Source: the human T2T-CHM13v2.0 reference genome, Homo sapiens. Taken from it: a stretch of 64,000 nt of DNA. Positions 54,086 through 64,000 of the stretch are shown in pieces. The stretch lies in assembly GCF_009914755.1 (NCBI RefSeq), contig NC_060931.1. One strand, given 5' to 3'. A program made the position numbers and the translations under genes. The notes beneath the pieces were generated by a model. That model was not told the origin of the DNA. It made no database searches and saw nothing but the letters and a program-made list of their open reading frames with translations. Every line of letters begins with the position of its first letter. Within the stretch, counting starts at the first letter, position 1.

Positions 54086-54211
54086 CTAGCCAAGGAACTT
54101 CAGGAACCTCCAGAAGCTGGAAGAGACAGGAAGGCTCCTCCCCTAAACCTTCAGAGGAAATGTGACCCTGATGACAACTTGACTTTGAATTTGTGGCCTC
54201 CAGAACCATGA

Positions 54212-54595
<384 letters not shown>

Positions 54596-54995
54596 TGAGT
54601 GAAATCCAAGCCAGCTATGGCAAAAAGGTGGAGGGGCCTCAGAAAAAGATTCCCTTTAGGTGGAAATCTTCGGAACTTCCTGCTAGAGTTAAGTCATCAG
54701 AGAGCCACAGTTTTTAGGGGAGGGACACGTTTATCATCTCAGAAAGAGCCAGTTTACAGCAATGAGCTCCAAAAAGAAAATAAACAGAAGCAACTGCAGA
54801 TGAAGTGAGCAGCGTGATTCACAAGTCACATCCACAAAACAGGGGAAGAGGAAGAAGAAAGGGGAAGGGAATTGCTCCCAGGAGAGCATGAGGGGAGGGG
54901 GGTATTCAGGAAAGGAAGAAATCATGTATTCATTTCTCAGGCACCTGCTCTTCCCTAAACAGCCCTGAGGACATTCAGGTAAAATAGTCATCAGA

Positions 54996-55289
<294 letters not shown>

Positions 55290-55339
55290 TCATCATCAGA
55301 AAAATAGGCTTTCCTGATTAGACATCAAAATCTAGTTAC

Positions 55340-55662
<323 letters not shown>

Positions 55663-55734
55663 CTAACTTGATTCATGGTGTTCTTTCCTTAGAGCTGAAA
55701 ATGATATTGGAAATCAGTCCTTCTTTGTCCAGAT

Positions 55735-55895
55735 TCCTTCACTCATCAAAGAGTGTTTATTAAGTTTCTATTCTTTGTTGTGCTCTGTTCTTGGCATCTG
55801 AAATGCAACAGTGAACACAAGCAACAAACTGTGTACTCTCAAAGAGCCTACATTCTAGTGGGGGGAGGTAGGCGATGAGCAAAAAGGAAAATATA
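55735..55895 (-). mobile_element. L2 3' fragment (continues at ~56680-56835)
   Basis: ttcactcatcaaagagtgtttattaag...gagcctacattctagtgggggga. Confidence 0.7.
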
Positions 55896-55918
55896 CGCCA
55901 GATGTGGTGGCAGGGCCT

Positions 55919-56108
55919 GTCACTTTCCCATGGTTTATTTTCGTAATTGCTCTTCTGATCACCATAAATTTTCCTGGTTTTTTTTTTTTTCTTATTTTTT
56001 AGAGACAGGGTCTTGCTCTGTCACCTAGGCTGGAGTGCAATGGCACAATCATGGCTCACTGTAACCTCAGTCTCCTGGGCTCAAGGGATTCTCCCACTTC
56101 AGCCTCCT
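55919..56108 (-). repeat. Inverted duplicate of 56553-56737
   Basis: Covers Alu right arm, tail and ~60 bp non-Alu flank. Confidence 0.92.
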
Positions 56109-56205
56109 CAGCCTTGGGAGGCCGAGGCTGGAGGACTGCTTGAGGCCAGGAGTTCAAGACCAGCCTAGGCAACATAGCAAGACCCCCATCTCTGCAAAAA
56201 GCTTA

Positions 56206-56590
<385 letters not shown>

Positions 56591-57141
56591 CTAAGGTTAC
56601 AGTGAGCCATGATTATGCCGTTGCACTCCAGCCTGGGTGACAGAGCAAGACCCTGTTTCTAAAAAATAAGAAAGAAAAACAGGAAAATATATGGTGATCG
56701 GAAAAGCAATTATGAAAATAAACCATGGGAAAGTGACGGAAAGTGATAGGGAGTCATTCAGGTTGCTTGGTCAACAGAGGCCCCTCTGAGGAAGCCATGT
56801 ATGTGCTGAGTTTTGGTTGATGAGAAGAACCATGAGTGTGCAAGGGGTTAACTCAGCAGGTCTTTGTTGTCCAAACCCTGCACATTCCAAAGAAAGAACT
56901 GACTCTGACCAGGAGATAACCTTGAAGCCTGTGAAATATCCCACGTGATGAGTGTTTTTTGCATAACTGGGGCAGTGGGCCACAGCAGATAGTTTATGCC
57001 AACACTGTGAATGATGGCGAGGGGTCTTAGACCTCTCTGGTTCAGTTTGACCTCTGGAGGGGCTGGAGATTGAATAACTAATGTCAGCCACATGGGCACT
57101 CCATGTTTATGTGACTGACCTCAATAAACACTCTGGAAACT

Positions 57142-57278
57142 GGCCAAGTGCAATGACTCACACCTGCAATCCTAGCGCTTTGGGAATCCGAAGCAGGCAG
57201 ATTGCTTGAGTCCAAGAGTTCGAGACCAGCCTGGGCAACATAGCAAGACCTCTTCTTGCAAAAGTAAAAATAAAAAAC
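57142..57278 (+). mobile_element. FLAM_C/AluJ monomer
   Basis: Left monomer with tail. Confidence 0.82.
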
Positions 57279-57443
57279 TCTGGGAATTAAAGTTGCATGA
57301 GCTTCCGTGGTTCACAATATGCCCTATGTGTCATCACAGTTGGTGCTGTCTGTATGGCTCCACCAGGAGAGGACAACAAAAAGCTTTATCCTGGTGTCCC
57401 CTGAACTCTGTCCTATGTGCCTTTTAGTCTTGGCGGTTTTAAA

Positions 57444-57737
<294 letters not shown>

Positions 57738-58096
57738 CTAGCAAGTCATTGAACATGAGAGTGTTCTTGGGGTCCCTGACACAGAGGAACTGGAGGAAGA
57801 ATGTTCCAGGCAAAGATAATAGCTAGTGCAAAACAAAAAAAAAATGGAGTTGGGAATGCCAATGAGATTTAGACCAAGAACAACCAAGGGGTCTGCCTGA
57901 GGTCACATATTGAGGCAGAGGAGAATTGACCCAGAGCTTGGGTCTGCTGAGCCCCACCCAAGGGTTTTACCTGAAGTCCTGAAGTGTCCTGGAATGGTAG
58001 GTGGTAGAGATGGCCATTCTACCATCTCTAGGCTTAGGAGTCACTCACAAACATGGTCTCAAATCCTGGATCTACCCTGATTTGCTATATGCGACC

Positions 58097-58657
58097 CTAT
58101 ATCAGTCTCATTATCGCACTGCTATAAAGAAATACCTGAGACTGGGCAATTTATAAGAAAAGAGGTTTGATCGGCCTGTGGTGCTGCAGTTTGTACAGGA
58201 AGCATAGTAGCTTCTGCTTTTGGGGAGGCCTCAATCATGGTGGAAGGCAAAGGGCAAGCAGGCGTCTTACATGGCAGGAGCAGGAGCAAGAGAAAGGGAG
58301 AGGAGAGGTGCCATGCGCTTTTAAACAACCAGATCATGCAATAACTGGGTAATTTATAAAGGAAACTCACGATTCCACATGGCTGGGGAGACCTCACAAT
58401 CATGGTGGAAGACGAAGGAGCACAAAGAGACATCATAGCTGGTGGCCAGCAAAGAGGGAATGAGAACCAAGCAAAAGGGGTTTCCCCTTATAAACCATCA
58501 GATCTTGCAAGACTTATTCACTACCATGAGAACAGTAAGGGGGAAACAGTCCCCATGATTCAATCATCTCCCACTGGGTCCCTTCCACAACACATGAGGA
58601 TTACAGGGGCTACAATTCAAGATGAGATTTGGGTGGGGACACAGCCAAACCATATCA
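58097..58657 (-). mobile_element. MST fragment fused to THE1 fragment
   Basis: MST-type 58097-58345, THE1-type 58346-58657 ending ccaaaccatatca. Confidence 0.8.
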
Positions 58658-59485
58658 GGAATCATACAATATCTGTCCTTTTGTGTCTGGCTTATTTCAC
58701 TTAGCATAGTGTCCTTAATGTTTATCCATGTTTTGGCATGTATCAGAATATCATTTCTTTTAATGGCCAACAAATCTTCCATTGCAGGGATAGGCCACAT
58801 TTTGTTTATACATTCATTCATCAATGGACATAGTAACTTTTTGGTTACTATGAATAATGCTACTGAGAGCATTAGCATACACGTATCTCTTTAAGCTCTT
58901 TAAGTTCCTGCTTTTCATTCTTCTGGATATATACCAAAGGTGCAATTGCTGGTGATTTTATGGTAATTCCATGTCCAACTACTTGAGCATGTACCAAATT
59001 TCCACAGCAGCTGCAACATTTTCCATTCCCACCAGCAATGCACAAAGTTTCCAATTTCTCCACATCCTTGCCAACAGTTGTTATTTCCCATTGTTTTTAA
59101 TCATAGCCAGGAGGTGGGTGTGTAGGGGTATCTCATTGTGGTTTTGATTTGCATCTCCCTGGTGAATAACGATTTTTAGCATCTTTTCATGTGCATATTG
59201 CCCATTTGTATGACTTTGGAGACACATCTATTCGAATCCTTTGCCCATTTTTTAATTGAGTTGTCCTTTTGTTTTTGTTGCTTTGTAAGAGCTCTGTATA
59301 CTCTGAATATTACTTGTCCATCAGATAGATGATTTGAAAATATTTTCTCCAATTCTGTAGGCTGTCTTTTCACTCTCTTGATAGTGGTCTTTGATGCAGA
59401 AGTTTTTAACTTTGGTGAAGTCCAATGTAGTAATTTTTTCTTTCGATGCTTATACTTTTGGTGTCATATCCAAGAAATCATTGCC

Positions 59486-59753
59486 TCCCAGCACTTTGGG
59501 AGGTCGAGGCAGATAGATCACCTAAGGTCAGGAGTTCAAGACTAGCCTGGCCAAAGTGGTAAAACCCCATCTCCACTAAAAATATAAAAATTAGTCGGGC
59601 ATGGTGGCATGCACCTGTGGTGCCAGCTACTCAGGAGGATGAGGCAGGAAAATTTCTTGAACCCAGGAGGCCGAGGTTGCAGTGAGCCGAGATCGCACCA
59701 CGGCAGTCCAACCTGGGTGACAGAGTGAGACTCCACCTCAAAAAAAAAAAAGA
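59486..59753 (+). mobile_element. AluSx, 5'-truncated
   Basis: TSD aagaaatcattgcc. Confidence 0.92.
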
Positions 59754-59802
59754 AAGAAATCATTGCCAAATCCAACATCATGAAGATTTACCCCTATGTT
59801 TT

Positions 59803-60447
59803 TGATACAGGAACTAGAAAGAAATTATTTAGGCAGATGGTGAGGGTAAGAGAGTCCTTGGTAAAGTTTCATTTTAATAAAAAGCACCCCCCAAATGATA
59901 TCTTTTCTAACAAAAAGCAGCCTGAAAAATCAAGCTGCAAGCATAGATAAGCAAGCTAAAAGCTTGCATAGGTAAATGCCAGCAGCTGTGCCAATAGAAA
60001 AGGAATACTTGGAAGCCAGGTGTTTTCAACGTGGAGGTTCCCTCTTCCCTTTTCTTTGTCGCTATGTGTGCAGTAAAAAGCAGGCAACATGGTGCCGGCC
60101 AGGTAGAAACCTCATCTGCATAATAAAAGATTAGGGTGGGATGGCTAGCTTCTTCATGCACTATGCAAATGGCACAGCTGATCGGACCAATGTCTTGTGC
60201 CGTATGTAAATTAGACACCACCTTCTCAAGCTCATCGATAAAACCCCATGCATTTCCCCATGGAACTGGAAAACCCACTTGGGAGCCAACCTCTCTCTCT
60301 GCAGGAGAGAGAGCTTTTCTCTTTTCTCGTTCTTTAGCCTACTAAACCTCTGCTCTTAAACTCACTTCTTGCGTGTCTGTGTCCTTGATTCCCTTGGCGT
60401 GAGACGACGAACCTCGGGTATTTACCCCAGACAATGACGTCGCTTCA
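59803..60447 (+). mobile_element. LTR9-family (ERV1) solo LTR
   Basis: tgatacaggaactagaaagaaattatttaggcag...gacgtcgcttca, TG/CA ends. Confidence 0.8.
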
Positions 60448-60603
60448 TTGTCTTCCAAGAGTTTCATAGTTTTAGCTCTTAAGTTTATGTAGAAGTTTTT
60501 CCCTTTTAAATACTAACTTAAACTATTTTAAACATTTGTAAAAACTATCACAGCTCTGGGTCTAAGGAAACAAGGGTTACGCTCATAAACATTAAGGAGA
60601 CAC

Positions 60604-60928
<325 letters not shown>

Positions 60929-61005
60929 TTAAAGGGGAAAGGACATACACAAAATCAGGAGTGTTGAGGCTATGCCAAGACAACTGACTTGATTTGGAGC
61001 TATTA

Positions 61006-61320
<315 letters not shown>

Positions 61321-61837
61321 TCAAGGAGACTTGGTGTCAGACTAGAAAACATCTGCAATGAGAAACCATCACAGAACAATTATTAAAGACAAAACTTCTT
61401 AAATAAAAGGCAGTCTGCAATAGAGCCCTGAAGACCCACACTAAGGCAGATAAGTGTCAAGTTAAAATGCTTTAAAGACAAAGACAGATTTCTACTGAAT
61501 TCCAAGAAAAAAAAAAGAAAAAGAAGGGAAAAGAGGTGTGGATATGAGAGTAATTACGACCTCTGTCACCTGCTAGGCTCTGCAGGAGAGAAAGGCTTTG
61601 AAGAAAAACTTCTGCATCAATTTAGTAAAACAGAGATTATCCCTGGATCCTCCCTGAAGACAAAGGGAGCCCATCTTAATCATTGAGTGATCTGGAACAG
61701 TTTGTCAACAGAATCCCACAGCTGCAAGATTATTACAGAACAATGAAGATCTGAGAACCAAGAAAATGAAGAAAAAGAGAAAACAATGGTCTTAGTCCAT
61801 TTTCTGTTGCTCATAACAGAACAACAGAAATGAGTAA

Positions 61838-62167
<330 letters not shown>

Positions 62168-62271
62168 TGAGTAATTTCTTTTAAAAGTGAATCTATTTGT
62201 TACAGTTAGGGAAGCTGAGAATTCCAAGGTGGAGGGACCATATCTGGTGAGGGCCTCCTGGCTGTGGGGAC

Positions 62272-62612
62272 TGATATGGTTTGGCTGTGTCCCCACCCAA
62301 ATCTCATCTTGAACGCCCACATGTTGTGGGAGGGACCCAGTGGGAGGTAATTGAATCATAGAGGCAGGTCTTTCCCGTGCTGTTCTCGTGACAGTGAGTA
62401 AGTCTCACGAGATCTGATGGTTTTATAAACGGGAGTTTCCCCACACCGCTCTTCTCTTCTCTGCTGCCGTCTGAGGTGCGCGTTTCACCTTCCGCCGTGA
62501 TTGTGAGGCCTCCCCAGCCACGTGGAACTGTGAGTCCATTAAACCTCTTTCTTTTGTAAATTGCCCCGTCTGAGGTATGTCTTTATGAGCAGCGTGAAAA
62601 TGGACTGACACG
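62272..62612 (+). mobile_element. THE1 (A/B) solo LTR
   Basis: tgatatggtttggctgtgtccccacccaaatc...gcagcgtgaaaatggactgacacg. Confidence 0.9.
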
Positions 62613-63129
62613 CAGACTCTCTGCAGAGTCCCGAGACGGCACGGAGGATCACACGGGGAGGGGTCGAGTGTGCTAACTCAGGTCTCTCTTCCTCTTCTAA
62701 TAAATCCACCCGTCCCGCTCCTGCGCTAACCCATTAATCCATTAATCTGTGAATGGATTCATCTATTCACGAGGGCACTGCCCTCCTGACCCGATCACCT
62801 CTTAAAGGCCAACTCTCAATCCTGCCACACTGGGAATTAAGTTTCAACATGAGTTTCGGAGGAGATAAACATTCAAATCATAGCCGAAATCCAAAGAGAT
62901 TTGAGGAGCAGAAGTTGATTCAAAGGTTAGCAAAGGCCCATATTGATTGTTTCAGAGAATAATCAATCAGAAAGTTAAGCAACGCATCGCCAGAGCTGTG
63001 AGGAACAGACGAAGAATTTCAAAAAGGCTTTAGGATGATAAAGACGCCTGGGCAGCTTTCTAATGCTGTATGCAATGCCGTCCTGCAAACGTGTGTAAGT
63101 CAAACACACAAAAGGCAAAACAGCCACTT

Positions 63130-63446
63130 TCTTTTTTTTCTCTCTCTCTCTTTTTTGAGACAGGGTTTCACCCTTGTGACCCAGGCTGGAGTGCAATGGC
63201 ACGATCTCAGCTCACTGCAACTTGCAACCTCCGCCTCCCGGGTTCAAGCAAGTCTCCTGTCTCAGCCTCCCGAGTAGCTGGGATTACAGGCACCCGCCAC
63301 CACGCCAGGCTAATTTTTGTATTTTTAGTAGAGACGGGGTTTCACCATGTTGGCCAGGCTGGTCTCGAACTCCTGACCTCAGGTGATCCACCCACCTCGG
63401 CCTCCCAAAGTGCTGGGATTACAGGCGTGAGCCACCGCACCCAGCC
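63130..63446 (-). mobile_element. AluSx/Sq
   Basis: TSD cagccactttct. Confidence 0.92.
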
Positions 63447-63775
63447 AAATCAGCCACTTTCTGTCATCACCGGGGTTCTGCTCCTAGGGGGCCCAACAGC
63501 ACCACAAAAGCTCCAATTAAAGGGGAAAGCCCTTTAGCGACCGTTGTAAGGACAGGTCCCACCCATTTGCACATGTTCATTTTTTTTTCCTTCCCAGTTG
63601 GATCTGCCTGCCGTCAAGACTCACCACTTCCCACCTGTACACTGCTGTCTGTCCTCATTTCAAGTGAATCACCTTGCGGTCTTCTTATGCCAGGTAATTT
63701 ATGCAAATATTATTGTGAATTACTAGGGCAAATTGCAACAGGATATTCAAATCGTTGGGCAAACATGCCCTGCTG

Positions 63776-63900
63776 GTGGGATGCAATGACTCACACCTGT
63801 AATCCCAGCACAGGTGGGAGGCCAAGGAGGGAGGATTGCTTGAAGCCAGGAGTTCAAGACCAGCCGGGGCAACATAGCAAGCCCCGTCTCTATTTTTTAA
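63776..63900 (+). mobile_element. FLAM/AluJ monomer
   Basis: Left monomer. Confidence 0.8.
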
Positions 63901-64000
63901 GAAAATGTTTTCTTTTTTAATGTTCTGCTGGTCAGAAAACAAAGAGGTCTCTACCCATACTGACTAGACTAGAAAATGCCTGAAACTAGAAACCACCATT

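Larger units (their letters stand above)
58658..60490 (-). mobile_element. L1MB-type ORF2/3' region, interrupted
   Basis: ORF 59176-59373 MKRQPTELEKIFSNH...HMKRC is L1 ORF2-like. Confidence 0.85.

Overview
Primate (very probably human) intergenic or deep-intronic DNA with no supportable protein-coding gene, RNA gene or CRISPR array. About 65 Alu copies (roughly 30% of the window) are interleaved with L1 fragments (L1PA/PB/M), many solo LTRs (LTR12C, LTR10, LTR9, THE1, MST, MLT1/2, MER21, LTR41- and LTR47-like), hAT DNA-transposon relics, MIR/L2 and long GA/CT tracts. The listed ORFs trace to Alu, L1, LTR or low-complexity sequence, or are short and unrecognisable. The most notable observations are: (i) four short copies apparently templated from DNA 0.5-3 kb away, one of them inverted; (ii) a TGATTGACAG + TGATTTATGAC (PBX-MEIS/PREP + PBX-HOX) composite site in unique DNA; (iii) an LTR10 AP-1 array upstream of an intact LTR12C that points at an inverted AluY pair; (iv) a tailless AluY with a perfect 15-bp TSD; (v) a CpG/GC-retaining THE1/MST patch. 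I found no evidence of a new multi-gene system. Subfamily calls are from remembered consensus features and boundaries are approximate unless a TSD is quoted.
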